Shown one piece after another: positions 19,418 through 30,900 of a stretch of 54,380 bases of DNA. The notes under the pieces were generated by a model, which was not told where the DNA came from, made no database searches, and saw nothing but the letters and a program-made list of their open reading frames with translations. Both the position numbers and the translations under genes were made by a program. The DNA is from an uncultured virus (IMG/VR IMGVR_UViG_3300048913_000302) (Duplodnaviria; Heunggongvirae; Uroviricota; Caudoviricetes): positions 62,001 through 116,380 of IMG/VR virus record IMGVR_UViG_3300048913_000302; one strand, written 5' to 3'. Positions within the stretch are counted from its first letter, which is position 1, and each line of letters starts with the position of its first letter.

Positions 19418-22400
19418 TCACGTTACCGCATCCGTCCTTTTGTTGCTGACAGGATTACGTGGGAAGGGTTCACTCTTAGCGAGTTGGCCTGCCCGTGGGG
19501 TTTGTTGCTGTGGGTCAGCCGGTGTCTTCATCAACGCACCACTTTCCAACAGCCCTTTGATGTCAGCCAACAGTTGACGGCTATCCTTGGCCACTGTGAG
19601 CTGTTCATTAAGGATGGAGTTGGTGGACTCCATGTTGGCTTGCGATGCAATCTCAGAACTATCCGCTGCAGCTTTAGCAGCCGCTTGCGAAGCAGACACT
19701 GGGGTAGGTTGTGGAGCCGATGGTTGGAAGCCTGCTGGTTTCAGATCGTCCAACGACGACAGGTCTGGACCAGGTGTAGCCGGAGCAGGATCGCTCGCTG
19801 GGATCGACGAGGCCGAAGCACTCGAAGACGCAGCCGCCGCTTGATCCAGTACTGATGATGGAGTGGTCTTATCGCCACCTGCACCTGCCAATACCGCTGG
19901 CGAACTAACACCAGGGATTGCTGGACCGCCTGCACCCGCCGCTGCCGGAGCATCACCACCAGCAGCCACGCCACCGTTCGCCGGTGTGGTATCGCTCGGT
20001 GCTCCGTTAGACGGTACCGAAGACGGCGTTTCCGAAGTCGCTGTGCTGCTGGCTGGGTTCCCTGCTTTCTTCCGACCGATGTTCATCCGACGATCCATCT
20101 CTGCCAGAATCTCACCGACGTTCCGATAGTTGGTTGGGTTGGGCGACTTGTAGTCCTTCAGGAAGATCGACGCGTTGGAACCAACCACGGCGTTACCACC
20201 GTCGCGTTTTCTCTTCTGAGGAGTTGCCGAACCGTTACCAACGTGCAGGTACGCCGCATCACCACGCGGAGCGGCCAAGAACCGCTTCGCACCGCCCAAG
20301 CCCAAGAAGTGGGCCATGTAGAGGTCAAGGTCAGTGATGTCTTTACCCAACGACTGCTTCAGACCCTCGTAGTTTTCCTTGAGGTAGCAGACGCCGAGGA
20401 TGGCGTTAGCTCGAGGATCGGTCGGAGGGGTGCCTGGCGCAATGCCGTACTTTGGACCGTACCTTGTCAGCATCGAGTCCCAGGTCGTGCCGATGAACTG
20501 GAACAACCCGTTAGCGATACCGCTACTGGCTTTCGGGTCGAGACCCGATTCGGTGGCTGCAACGTTGAGAGAGATCGTAGGATCAAACCCAACCATCTTC
20601 GCCGCACCAGTAATGATCGGCCCCATTTCAGCCAGACCTGCACCACGGTTATCAGGAAGTGAGTTGATGTCACCGCCCGTACCACCACCAGGGTGCTGGA
20701 CCACGTTACCGAATGATCCCTTGTACAGCATGCTACCGTCGCCGTAACCCGAAGGCGATTGACCGGAAGCACCACCAGCAACAGATTTACCACTGAAGAT
20801 GTTGGCGTAATTCCCCAGGGTCGAGTTGTTGTTGCCAACACCCGGACCGATTGGGTTAGCGCGAGTGTTACCCAGCGCGATGTTGGACAGCTTGGTCCCG
20901 TAGTCGTTGTTAGACGCTTGGGTCCTTGCTTGGGATTCCATTCCCTGTACGTCAAGCACCTTACTGGTATCGCCCGTATCGAGAGCCTCGATATACATCT
21001 TGGTCGACCCAGGAAGTTTCTCCAGTTGGTAGCCAGGCCATGGCGAGTTCTGGACTTCCCACACACTTCGGCTGGAGAACATGGTTTCCACCGCTGCTCT
21101 CGTTGTCTCATCCAACACTTCCTTCATGAGGGTGCCGGTGAGGTTACGCCAACCGTCTCGAGCGTCGCCATTGTAACGACGACGGATCGAGATGCAGTAT
21201 TGTAGGAATGCTGGAATGAAACGATACTCCAGCCAACGGGTCACTTCCTCGTGTTCCAAGTCAGTGGCTGGCTTGAAGATGTCAAACACCTTCTGCTTCA
21301 GCTTGTCCTCGTCACCTGCGAATGTAGCCTTGCTGGTACCCGAGTACACCACGTTGTCCCAATAGACCTCTTCCACCTGTTGCAACTGAGTGCATTTAGG
21401 TAGCTCGAACTCCACCAGACCGTACGTCTTGTAACGCACCGCCGTTGGGATGTTGAGCGAAGAGATCCTCGCCTGAGAACTGGCTTTGGCAGCGTACATC
21501 ATCGCGGCACCACCCGCCCCTGCCAAGCCCGTAGCCGTCAACTTAAGTCCAGATGCGATCTGACGTGGATCGTCACTCCCCTTCGCCGAAACGTTGAGTC
21601 GTGTCACGCCATCGGCCTTCTGGTTAGCAGTCGCTGCCGCCGTAGCCGTTACTCCAGCCACCGCTACTTTGTCCGCTATGTTGTTAGCCTTACCAGACAG
21701 CTTATCCATGTTGCGACGATCGCGGACGTTAGCCACTGCCGACTTAACATCATCGGCGTCCATGTCCAGATCCGAATCGAACGGTGAGGTATCCACATCG
21801 TCGTAGACCTTATCCATCCCTGGTAGGTTGACCGACGACATGAACATCTCAAGGTCTCCATCCCCGATGCCCTTGTCGGCTTCAGCGAGGTTGGTGTGAC
21901 CGTGGATCTGTTGCATGGCTGTGCTGTGCGCAAGGAACACTGGACGGAAGCGCTGACCTACCCAATTGGCGAATTGCTGCACGCGTTCTTGGGAATCCAG
22001 GCCGAACTTCTGAGCCAGTGCATCCATGTTGATGCCGCTAGCATCCATGGTGGCTTTACCGTCAGTACCGATACGCAGACCTGCGGCGGCCTGCTTCTCG
22101 ACTTCGAGCATTGCAGCAACGCGCTTCTCATCAGTGCCGTTGACACCGTACTGCGCCATCCGCAGATAGAACAGTGGGAAGCTCTTCGCCTGGTTCGCTT
22201 TGTAGTACCGGTAACCGGCATACGCCACAACACCCACCACAGCAGCGATTGCAAGAGCAGGCAGACTGATAGCACCACCGATCAAGCTAGCGGCACCGCC
22301 CAGTAACATCGCCCCACCACGCAACAATGTGGTACCTGCAAACATCGCACCGGCTCGAAGCATAGGGCTATTCCACGCCCACTTAGCGCCGGCCTTCGTC

Positions 22401-25400
22401 GCTTCCCATCCACGGCGAAGCCAACCCGCTTTCCCTCGAGGGGGTCTGCGAGCACCACGACGTCCACGCTTACCACCACCCATGCCGTCCTTGATATCGG
22501 CCATGTCAGCTGCGTTTTCCAGCCAACTGTTTTCACCAGCCTCTTCGGTGGTTTCGATCAGGTCTTCAAGCTTGGTATCGAGACGATCCCCCAGCTTATC
22601 GAGTGCGTCAACTACGTCCGAGTTGTCACCGCCCTCTACGACGTCTTTATCCTTCGCCGCCTTACGGCGATCCAGGATGTCACGCCACGACCAATCGCGT
22701 ACACCGTTGCCGTCTGTGTCTCCACGAACAGGTGCTTTGTCGAACGCAGTGCGCAGGATGTTCAACATCTCCAGCTGAGTATCGAGCTGACGACCTTGGA
22801 TTTCCACCATGGTCTCGCCCAGCTCGTCATCCATACCGCCCATTGCGCCGTGAGACGATCCGCCTTTACCGATTCCAAACAACCCACCGACCTTACGTGC
22901 GGTCCACTTACTGGCGCTCCACATTCCCTTGTAGAACTTACCAATTTGCTTCCCGTACCAGACCGCGGCTTTAGCGCCAAGTTCCAGCGCCTTACCGCCG
23001 AGGTTCACGACACCACGCCCGAAGGTGTAGAGCAACGAACCATTGCGGGTGTAGAAGGACTTGTACTTCTGCAGCTCTTCGAGACTGACGACGAGGTTAC
23101 CCTCGATGTCGTAGACGGCACCTTTAATGTCCTTGAGGGACATGATCGGCTGACCTTCCTCGTCGCGATAGTAACCGCGCTTCATTTTCTTGGACGTGAT
23201 GCGGGGTTCGTCCTCACCAGGGAAGTAAGCATCGAACTGCACGAACTGATCCCAAGCGACCTCAGTGAGTTTCTTGGCACCTTTCCACATCAGGCCGTAC
23301 GTGGCACCCATGTACCAGCCCGTCCCGCGCGCCAGCGTACCGGCAAGACCCATGGCTTTGCGACTCAAGTACCCGGCCAAGGATTCGCCCTCACCGCTAT
23401 ACAACCCAGCAGCGAAGTCTTCTTCCGTCAGGACGAGCAGGTTGGTCCTGATGTCACGTACTGCACCACCGATGTCCCTCAAGGACTCAATGATCTTCCC
23501 GGACTTAACGTCCATGTAGAAGCCACGACGGATGTCGCGAGCAGTCATGACTGGATCTTCAGAACCGCGCAGATAGATGTCAGTAACACCCAGACCTGTG
23601 ATCGAGCGGAATGGTGCACGCGCTGCCCAGTTAGCCAGCTTAGCTCCGCCAAACAGGCCCTTACCGATCATCTTGTAGGAGCCTTTGAAGTAGCCGGCCA
23701 GTCCCTTCACAGCGCCTTTAGTCGCCCAACCCAATCCACCCAGGATACGACGACCCCAACCACGTCGACCACTACCACCACCGCCAGTGTCTGGACTGTC
23801 CTCAGGACCAGGACCTTCACCATCTTCCCCATGTCCAGCAATGCCAGCGTACGGGATGGATTCCAGAATCGCTTCCAAGAACCCGTTACTGGCCGTCAAC
23901 GCATCGACGACTGTATCGAGCTTACCTTGAGTGATCTCATCGGAGGTCATCATCAAGTCAGGGAACTTGACGTTGGCGTCAAACGCTTTCGGCATGTTCT
24001 CAAACGCATTGGACAGATCCAGCTTAAGCTCTTCAGTTACCCGATCGGCTTTTGCACGACGAGGACCGAATCTGGAAGAAGCCACCCCAGCATCGACGTC
24101 AACCTTGTCGTTGTTGCCGATACCGTAACGCAGGAGATCCTCTTCGGCTTTCTTTTTGCGTTTGAGGTATTCGGCCAGTTCTTTCTTGTCGGTCGGAACC
24201 TTGGCACTTGGATCGAACGCAATATCGTCGTTGTCCAGCACACGGTCATACACAGCGTCCAGGTCGATGTTATCGCCTTCGATACCGTTGTACTTCGACA
24301 GACCCAGCTCACGCCAAGCTCGACGCCCAGTCACTTTCTGGAGTACGTTCATCCGCTGGCCAAATTCTGGCATACGGCGTTGAGTTGCATCGTACCGTTC
24401 GGTGAAGTTGTTCAGTCGTTCCTTACTCTCAGTGGACTGACTGACCGGCTGACCGCTAGGATCGAGATCAAAGCGGTTAGCAACGAACGTGATGATCTCA
24501 TCGGCGATCCATTCCTCGGTGTTATCCCACGCACCGACTTCCACGTACTTCGATGGATTGAATGGGTTACCGCCCGCCAGGTCTTTCATCAAACGGCGAC
24601 GTAGTGCACGCTGGGCTTCGTTAGAAAGGTCAGCCGCGCCCATGTCTCGCAGCAATCCGTCGATCTCCTGACGTAGTGCTTTACCGGTGTTGTTCTTCAA
24701 CGACACGCGAACATGTTGTTCGTTCAGCGTGGAGCGACTCACCATACCGCCCGTGTAGTGACTGTACGCCATCTCTTCCTGGTCTTCACCAGTGGCCACT
24801 ACCTTGATCCACTTATCGATGCTGGCCAGGTAGCCTGGGATGACTTCGGTTACGCTCTTGTGGAAGAGGTTATCGAAGATCGCAGGCTGGTCCAACTCGA
24901 TGGATGGCATGCCGGAAATACTACCGGTTGCAGTGTAGGTGTCGAAGAGTGACTTCAATCCCTCCTCTATCCAACCTGAGATGCCGTCTTTGGTATTCTC
25001 GGATTTACTCCAGGCGTTGATTTTCTGCGGAATACCGGTGAAGGTAGAGCGCAGATTCTCACCTACCCGATCAAAGCCCGGGATCTTGGAGAGGTACGGC
25101 TTGAGTCTTTCAACAACAGCATGGAGACCTTGTTCAGCTGCGCCGCCTGCGAAACTACCTGCCATGCCGCCGAGCGTACTACCGAAAGCCGAAGCTCTCG
25201 ATTGACCCAACTGAGTCTGACTCTCGATCGTGTCGCGGAACTGGAGGAACGCCCCGAGCATGTCGGACGAGTTCTGTTTAACTCCAGTGAAGAAGTTGGA
25301 CGCCCAGTTACCGACCGTGTTCATGGCGTTCGAGGCGAGTTTATTCGCCATCGTCTGCTTGAGCACTTCGATGTGTTTCATCTTCACGAAGTCAGGAAGG

Positions 25401-26164
25401 CCCGTGTTCTTGAGGATGAGTTTGAGCGTCTCACCAGACTCCGAGAAGTGCTGGTTTTGAAGTTGCAGCATACGCACAGCAACGTCGAGTTGGCGGTAAC
25501 CGATCTCGAGCGACTTGCGGTGGTAGTTGATCGTGACGTTATCTTGATAGCCTACCAGACGACCAATACCACGACCGATGTTCAGTTGCAGTTGCGCCTC
25601 GGTCATGAAGCGCTTCTGTTCCCGGTTGTCGCGAATAGCGTCACCAATCTTGCGATCGGTTTGATCCTTCATCTGACTGGCAAACAGCTTATCCAGTCCA
25701 GCGAGGTTAATGTTCAGCTCGTCATTACCACCGGACGATGAAGAACTGGAACTATTGGCATAGTCCGCATCCTCCATTGCGTCGCGTAAGAACTTTGGCA
25801 TCATGCGTTTTGCCAAAGGACTCCAGCGATCGGTCTTGCGCTTCATGTTGAGCAACGTACCGTTCAGTTCGGTAGCGTTGTCCTTGATGATATCAGCAAG
25901 CCCGCCCTCGATGGCATCGTATGCGTTGAAGGCCTGCGTGTAACCTTTATGCAGGCCCCCAGAAATCAGTCGACGGATGGTGCCGCGATCCAGCAAGCGA
26001 TCTTTCGCTGCATGTACCGCACTGGAGGCAAACTCAGTAACAGCCTCACGAGCACCACCGGATTTTGGAGCTTTCTGTTCGAACGGATCTCCAAAGTCGA
26101 GCGCGTCGAAATTGAAGTCATCCAGGTCGGCTTCACCGAAGTCCACCTTGTCATTCTTAGCCAT
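19418..26164 (-). CDS. Tape-measure-like tail protein with lytic transglycosylase domain (phiKZ gp181-like)
   Basis: 2248 aa; SLT motifs ATESGLDPKA...GLFQFIGTTW...LYMAHFLG; hydrophobic central segment; divergent from the vRNAP genes. Confidence 0.9.
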   Translation of the reverse strand: MAKNDKVDFGEADLDDFNFDALDFGDPFEQKAPKSGGAREAVTEFASSAVHAAKDRLLDRGTIRRLISGGLHKGYTQAFNAYDAIEGGLADIIKDNATELNGTLLNMKRKTDRWSPLAKRMMPKFLRDAMEDADYANSSSSSSSGGNDELNINLAGLDKLFASQMKDQTDRKIGDAIRDNREQKRFMTEAQLQLNIGRGIGRLVGYQDNVTINYHRKSLEIGYRQLDVAVRMLQLQNQHFSESGETLKLILKNTGLPDFVKMKHIEVLKQTMANKLASNAMNTVGNWASNFFTGVKQNSSDMLGAFLQFRDTIESQTQLGQSRASAFGSTLGGMAGSFAGGAAEQGLHAVVERLKPYLSKIPGFDRVGENLRSTFTGIPQKINAWSKSENTKDGISGWIEEGLKSLFDTYTATGSISGMPSIELDQPAIFDNLFHKSVTEVIPGYLASIDKWIKVVATGEDQEEMAYSHYTGGMVSRSTLNEQHVRVSLKNNTGKALRQEIDGLLRDMGAADLSNEAQRALRRRLMKDLAGGNPFNPSKYVEVGAWDNTEEWIADEIITFVANRFDLDPSGQPVSQSTESKERLNNFTERYDATQRRMPEFGQRMNVLQKVTGRRAWRELGLSKYNGIEGDNIDLDAVYDRVLDNDDIAFDPSAKVPTDKKELAEYLKRKKKAEEDLLRYGIGNNDKVDVDAGVASSRFGPRRAKADRVTEELKLDLSNAFENMPKAFDANVKFPDLMMTSDEITQGKLDTVVDALTASNGFLEAILESIPYAGIAGHGEDGEGPGPEDSPDTGGGGSGRRGWGRRILGGLGWATKGAVKGLAGYFKGSYKMIGKGLFGGAKLANWAARAPFRSITGLGVTDIYLRGSEDPVMTARDIRRGFYMDVKSGKIIESLRDIGGAVRDIRTNLLVLTEEDFAAGLYSGEGESLAGYLSRKAMGLAGTLARGTGWYMGATYGLMWKGAKKLTEVAWDQFVQFDAYFPGEDEPRITSKKMKRGYYRDEEGQPIMSLKDIKGAVYDIEGNLVVSLEELQKYKSFYTRNGSLLYTFGRGVVNLGGKALELGAKAAVWYGKQIGKFYKGMWSASKWTARKVGGLFGIGKGGSSHGAMGGMDDELGETMVEIQGRQLDTQLEMLNILRTAFDKAPVRGDTDGNGVRDWSWRDILDRRKAAKDKDVVEGGDNSDVVDALDKLGDRLDTKLEDLIETTEEAGENSWLENAADMADIKDGMGGGKRGRRGARRPPRGKAGWLRRGWEATKAGAKWAWNSPMLRAGAMFAGTTLLRGGAMLLGGAASLIGGAISLPALAIAAVVGVVAYAGYRYYKANQAKSFPLFYLRMAQYGVNGTDEKRVAAMLEVEKQAAAGLRIGTDGKATMDASGINMDALAQKFGLDSQERVQQFANWVGQRFRPVFLAHSTAMQQIHGHTNLAEADKGIGDGDLEMFMSSVNLPGMDKVYDDVDTSPFDSDLDMDADDVKSAVANVRDRRNMDKLSGKANNIADKVAVAGVTATAAATANQKADGVTRLNVSAKGSDDPRQIASGLKLTATGLAGAGGAAMMYAAKASSQARISSLNIPTAVRYKTYGLVEFELPKCTQLQQVEEVYWDNVVYSGTSKATFAGDEDKLKQKVFDIFKPATDLEHEEVTRWLEYRFIPAFLQYCISIRRRYNGDARDGWRNLTGTLMKEVLDETTRAAVETMFSSRSVWEVQNSPWPGYQLEKLPGSTKMYIEALDTGDTSKVLDVQGMESQARTQASNNDYGTKLSNIALGNTRANPIGPGVGNNNSTLGNYANIFSGKSVAGGASGQSPSGYGDGSMLYKGSFGNVVQHPGGGTGGDINSLPDNRGAGLAEMGPIITGAAKMVGFDPTISLNVAATESGLDPKASSGIANGLFQFIGTTWDSMLTRYGPKYGIAPGTPPTDPRANAILGVCYLKENYEGLKQSLGKDITDLDLYMAHFLGLGGAKRFLAAPRGDAAYLHVGNGSATPQKRKRDGGNAVVGSNASIFLKDYKSPNPTNYRNVGEILAEMDRRMNIGRKKAGNPASSTATSETPSSVPSNGAPSDTTPANGGVAAGGDAPAAAGAGGPAIPGVSSPAVLAGAGGDKTTPSSVLDQAAAASSSASASSIPASDPAPATPGPDLSSLDDLKPAGFQPSAPQPTPVSASQAAAKAAADSSEIASQANMESTNSILNEQLTVAKDSRQLLADIKGLLESGALMKTPADPQQQTPRAGQLAKSEPFPRNPVSNKRTDAVT

Positions 26165-26224
26165 AAAACGGGACTCCTAAGGGAGGCTCTTACTCATACA
26201 ACTTCGTTCTAAAGGGGAATATGC

Positions 26225-27901
26225 ATGATTCCTGAAGGACTTCCGGCGCTTATTTGGATTCTCCATACGGAAGACGCTGATCTCAGGCACATCGCCCCGA
26301 TCACCCGTCTGGACATCATGGAGGGCGCTACCAGCAACTTCCACCCGGACGGTTTGTTCTCGACCCGGATCTTTGGGATGGTCGGTTCGAAGGAGCGCGA
26401 TCAGACCTACGGCAAGATTCAGTTGGGTGTACGGATCATCCACCCGAAGGTCTACCGTGAACTCCTCAACGTCAAATCGTTGTACGGCGACATCCTGTCG
26501 GGTGCGAGGACAGCGAAGTTTGACCCGATTCGCAAAGACTTCGTGGTCAGCATCGAGGAAGATGCGGAGAGTGGGTATTCGTTCTTCTTCCGTCACATGA
26601 ATGAGATCGAACTCGTCAAGAACGATTCTCTGTCTCGCAGTGATACGGTCGACTTCCTGGAGCGTTGGCGTCATCGTTGGACGACCATCAACATTCCGGT
26701 TATGCCTGCCGGTATGCGTGACCTGGAAATGGGTGACGATGGACGTGTGGTCAAGCACGAGATCAACGACTTCTACTACCGGATCTTGGCGATCAGTAAA
26801 TCGATCACGCCGAGTCGAGACATGGAGTCGCCTGCTTACGATCACAACCGTTCTGCACTTCAGGCTGCGGTCAATGCGTTGTTCGATTACATCGAAGGTA
26901 TCATCGGTGGTAAGAATGGTTTCCAGCGAGATCGTTGGGCCAGTAGCCGCGTTCACGAAGGTACACGAAACGTACTGACGGCGATGAACACCTCGGGTGC
27001 TCACCTTGACTCCCCGAACGTACCCGGCTATGACGCTACGGTGCTGGGTGTCCACCAGACTGCGACGAGTATGGCGCCGCTGGTCATCCACTGGCTGCGT
27101 ACAGGCTTCCTTGAGCAGTTGATGAACGCAGGTGAGGGCGATGTACCCCTGATCGATAAAGACACGTTGAAACAGACGTGGGTGTCTCTCAGCCCTACCG
27201 AACGGGACAGCTGGGTGACCGAAGACGGGATGCGCGGTCTGATCAACTCACTCGTCAACATCGAAGCGCGTCAGCGTCCGGTTGAGATCGCAGGTCATTA
27301 CCTGAAACTCGTCTATCTGGGCGAGGGTACCTTTAAGGTGTTCGACAGCATTGACGAACTCCCGAACGGTTTCAACCGCGAACACGTCCACCCGATGACG
27401 TTGATCGAGTTGCTGTATCTGTGTGGTTACAACAAGTGGGCGAAGTACTTCACTGATGTTGTCCGTTACCCGATCGAATCGGAAAACTCCACGTATCCTT
27501 CACGGATCTACGTGCGGTCTACCACGATCGGTGAGATGCGTCGTGAGCTCGACCACAACTGGGAGCCGATTGAAGGTCCGGATGGCATTGCGAACGAATA
27601 CCCCAAATACGGGTTGTCGTCGTTCCATGACTCCGAGTCTCCTCACCCAAGTCGTCTGTCTGGCCTCGGCGCTGACTTCGACGGCGATACCGGTTCTGCT
27701 ACTTCGGCGATGTCGGATGAAGCGTTGGCTGAAACTGAACATTACCTCGGTACGCGAGAAGCCTGGGTCATGCCGTCTGGACGTCCTCGTGCCAGCGTGT
27801 CTTATGACACGACTGACCTGGTCATCCGTAACCTCACGGGTCGCTTCGACCACGTACGTCAGCCAACTGAAGTCGAACTCAAGCACATGAAAGGAGTTTA
27901 A
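26225..27901 (+). CDS. Virion RNA polymerase beta-prime subunit, catalytic part (phiKZ gp180-like)
   Basis: DGLFSTRIFG, VRYP and the catalytic GADFDGD motif. Confidence 0.92.
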   Translation: MIPEGLPALIWILHTEDADLRHIAPITRLDIMEGATSNFHPDGLFSTRIFGMVGSKERDQTYGKIQLGVRIIHPKVYRELLNVKSLYGDILSGARTAKFDPIRKDFVVSIEEDAESGYSFFFRHMNEIELVKNDSLSRSDTVDFLERWRHRWTTINIPVMPAGMRDLEMGDDGRVVKHEINDFYYRILAISKSITPSRDMESPAYDHNRSALQAAVNALFDYIEGIIGGKNGFQRDRWASSRVHEGTRNVLTAMNTSGAHLDSPNVPGYDATVLGVHQTATSMAPLVIHWLRTGFLEQLMNAGEGDVPLIDKDTLKQTWVSLSPTERDSWVTEDGMRGLINSLVNIEARQRPVEIAGHYLKLVYLGEGTFKVFDSIDELPNGFNREHVHPMTLIELLYLCGYNKWAKYFTDVVRYPIESENSTYPSRIYVRSTTIGEMRRELDHNWEPIEGPDGIANEYPKYGLSSFHDSESPHPSRLSGLGADFDGDTGSATSAMSDEALAETEHYLGTREAWVMPSGRPRASVSYDTTDLVIRNLTGRFDHVRQPTEVELKHMKGV

Positions 27902-27903
27902 CT

Positions 27904-30900
27904 GTGGCGGAGATGCTCGAGTACTCTGTGTACAACCGCCGCTTTGGTCTGTTCAAGAACTCTCAGTTGGACATCCCGGTCGTTTATCCGATCGCTCGTC
28001 TCCAACTGCCGAAGCGGGCTTTGCTGCACTTCGCTCCGGTGGATGGCGTTACCATGGGTCCGCAAATCAGCGATCCCATGCTGCGCAGTATCCCGGGTGT
28101 TATCTACATCTATCACGAAACCCAGTACCACGACCCAATCGGTGGTCCTCAGCGTAAGTACACCAACGCTCAGGGCATGATCACCGAGTTCCGGCGCAAG
28201 AACCGTGCGTTCCGTCCGTTGAAGAACTTGGAACGCCTGGATCTGGATGACCGCGTGTTGCCTGTATTCAACTACGCAATGTTGTCGCATCTGGTCAAGT
28301 ACCCGCCTACGTTCCGTTCCAGCTATTACCAGTGGTACAACGTGATGAAGGAAGTGGTGCTGAACGTCAACAAGACGACCAAGACCTCACGCCGTCAACA
28401 GTTCATCGAGATCGATCTGCCAGACGTCATGCCGACGCTGACGCAGTTGCGAGAGCTGGCTGCTCGTCAGAGTAGCGATACGCTCAAGCACTTCGGTAGC
28501 GCTGAGATGCTGACCATGGCCGACCTGTTCAAGTGGGCAGGTCCATTGCGTAAGGAATCGCTGTTCGGTCAAATCGATCCTGAGCAATACGGCAAAATCA
28601 ACCTGATCTTCCGTCGGTTGAATGGCTGGGTCTCGGTCAACCTGAAATGGCTGGACGACTTCATCATCTCCCCTAAAGAGGTGATCGAAGAATACAAGGC
28701 CGTTCAGGAGCAGCTCAAGAAAGATCCGAATGCTCAGGTAGAGCTTCCGATCGTCAAGCTGTCTGGCATGGAATCGAAGATCTTCCAGCTGAAGTTCCTG
28801 CGCATGTTGTACAAACTGCACCAGGCTACTTCGCCACTCGAAACACCTACCAAGGAAGAGGTGGTTGACGAGAAGGTTGTTACCATCGACACCCCAGACG
28901 AGAAGCTGGACGATCTCGAGTTTGGGATGGACGCCAACGAGACGGTGGACGAAGACGATGTGGTTATCGACGAGATCGAAACCATTTCGGCACTCGAGAA
29001 GGAACTCGAGGATCTGGAACGCGTGCGCACTGCGTCGCAGACGGAAGAAGTGTTCGATGAAGAAGGTAACGTCATCGACACCAAAACCATCGACATCGAT
29101 GTGTTGCAGACCAAGCACGTAGCGCTTGAAGCAGACGGCTCAGCGATGCTTATCAAGGCCGACGAGTTGCAGCTCAAGGGTTTCCTCAGCCCTGCTGACC
29201 ACAACCGTCTGAAGCGCCTTGCAGAAGCTCACAAGAACATCAAAGACCCGTACGGGTCTGGTGAGTCTTTGGTCGAGGCGATGAAGATCGCCGAAGAAGA
29301 CCTGATCATTGAGCCAAAGCCCATCACTGACGACAAAACCGTCATTGATCGGTCGATGCTCCATTCGCGTGTGGATGAGTTCGACAAGCAGTACATCGAG
29401 AAGACGTTGCGTAAGGATATCCTGCGTTGCGTCATGGCGATCCAGAAGTCTCCAGTGGCAGTGACTGGCTATACAGTCGAATACGAACAAGACGCGGTGA
29501 CGGACAACGAGATCCACATCGTGAAACTGGTTCCGGCTGTAGGTCTACCGTCGACAGTTCGGTTTGCAATCCCTCGCCTTCGTCCGAATGGCACGTTCCT
29601 GTACAAAGGCACTGAGTACCGCATGCGTAAGCAGCGTACCGACTTGCCGATCCGCAAGATCTCGCCGTCTCGTGTGGCGCTGTCGAGTTACTACTCGAAG
29701 GTCTTCGTGGAGCGATCTGAGCGTAAGACGTTTGACATGAACCGTTGGTTCGTTGAGCGTCTGGTGATGAAAGCGCAGGACACGCAAGACCCTGTAGTCC
29801 ACAAAGCGGTGCTCAGTACCGTGGTTGACTATAAGGCCGATGTTCCGTTGATCTACACCGAGATCTCTGAACGTCTTCTGAGCTTCAGTGCGGGTAAGTT
29901 GAACTTCTGGTTCGACCACCGTCGTCGCATTGCTCAGAACGACTACAGCGAACGCGAACTGGCGTTTGAGAAAGATGGTTGGGTGTTGGTGGGTCGCGGG
30001 CCGAAAGGCGCATTGATCATGGACAAGATCGGTGCGGTCTATTCGATCACTGGTGGGAAGCTGGAAGACGAGGGTAGTATCTTCGAGCTGTGTGGGATTC
30101 CGATCGAGGCTGGCGTTACACCAACCATGATGGCTGAGGTCAAGGTCTATTCCAAGAACATCCCTATCGGGGTTGCCTTGGGTTACCTGCTGGGGCTGGA
30201 TGGGTTGCTCAAGATCACCAAGGCGAAGGTACGGCGCGTGCTCATGAGCGAACGTGCTAACCTGACTCAGGATGAGTTCGCCGTACGTTTCAAGAACGAG
30301 ACGTTGGTGTTCGACCGCAACAACCCAATGGTGTCGATGATCTTCAGTGGCTTCAATCTGTTCCACGAGTCGATCAAGTCCTACAACTCGGGTATGTTCA
30401 ACGATAAGGACGTGTACGCTGCTGTATTGGACCGTTCGCGTATCGGTAGTCGTTATCTGCGCGAGCTGGATTCTCTCAACACGTTGTTTGTCGATCCGAT
30501 CACGGAAGATCTGCTGAAGTGGATGGGCGAGCCTCGGACCTTTACGGGTCTGTTGATTCGTTCGGTGGAGATGTTGACCACCGCTCAGGTCAGCAACCGC
30601 CGGGAGGACAAGAACAAGCGGGTGGAACTGCTGGAGCGTATCCGTGGTTACGAACGCGTACCGGGCATCATTTACGAAACGCTGGCGAAAGCTGTGCGTC
30701 AGTACAATGCTCGTGCAGCAGGCGGCCGGGGGTCGGTAACGATCAACCCGAACGATCCAACCAACATCCTCGTGATGGACCCAACCACATCGCCAGTGAA
30801 CAACATCAACCCAATCCACGCTCTACGGGAACGGGAAGTGGTGACGTACACAGGCCGCGGTGGGCGAAGTCGTCGTGCGATGGTGGCCTCTGCTCGTCTG

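Noticed and set aside
22796..24604. 602-aa plus-strand ORF (likewise 5016-6383, 17471-18940, 32439-33875, 33952-35478)
   Set aside because: Antisense shadows of real genes, expected from strong codon bias.
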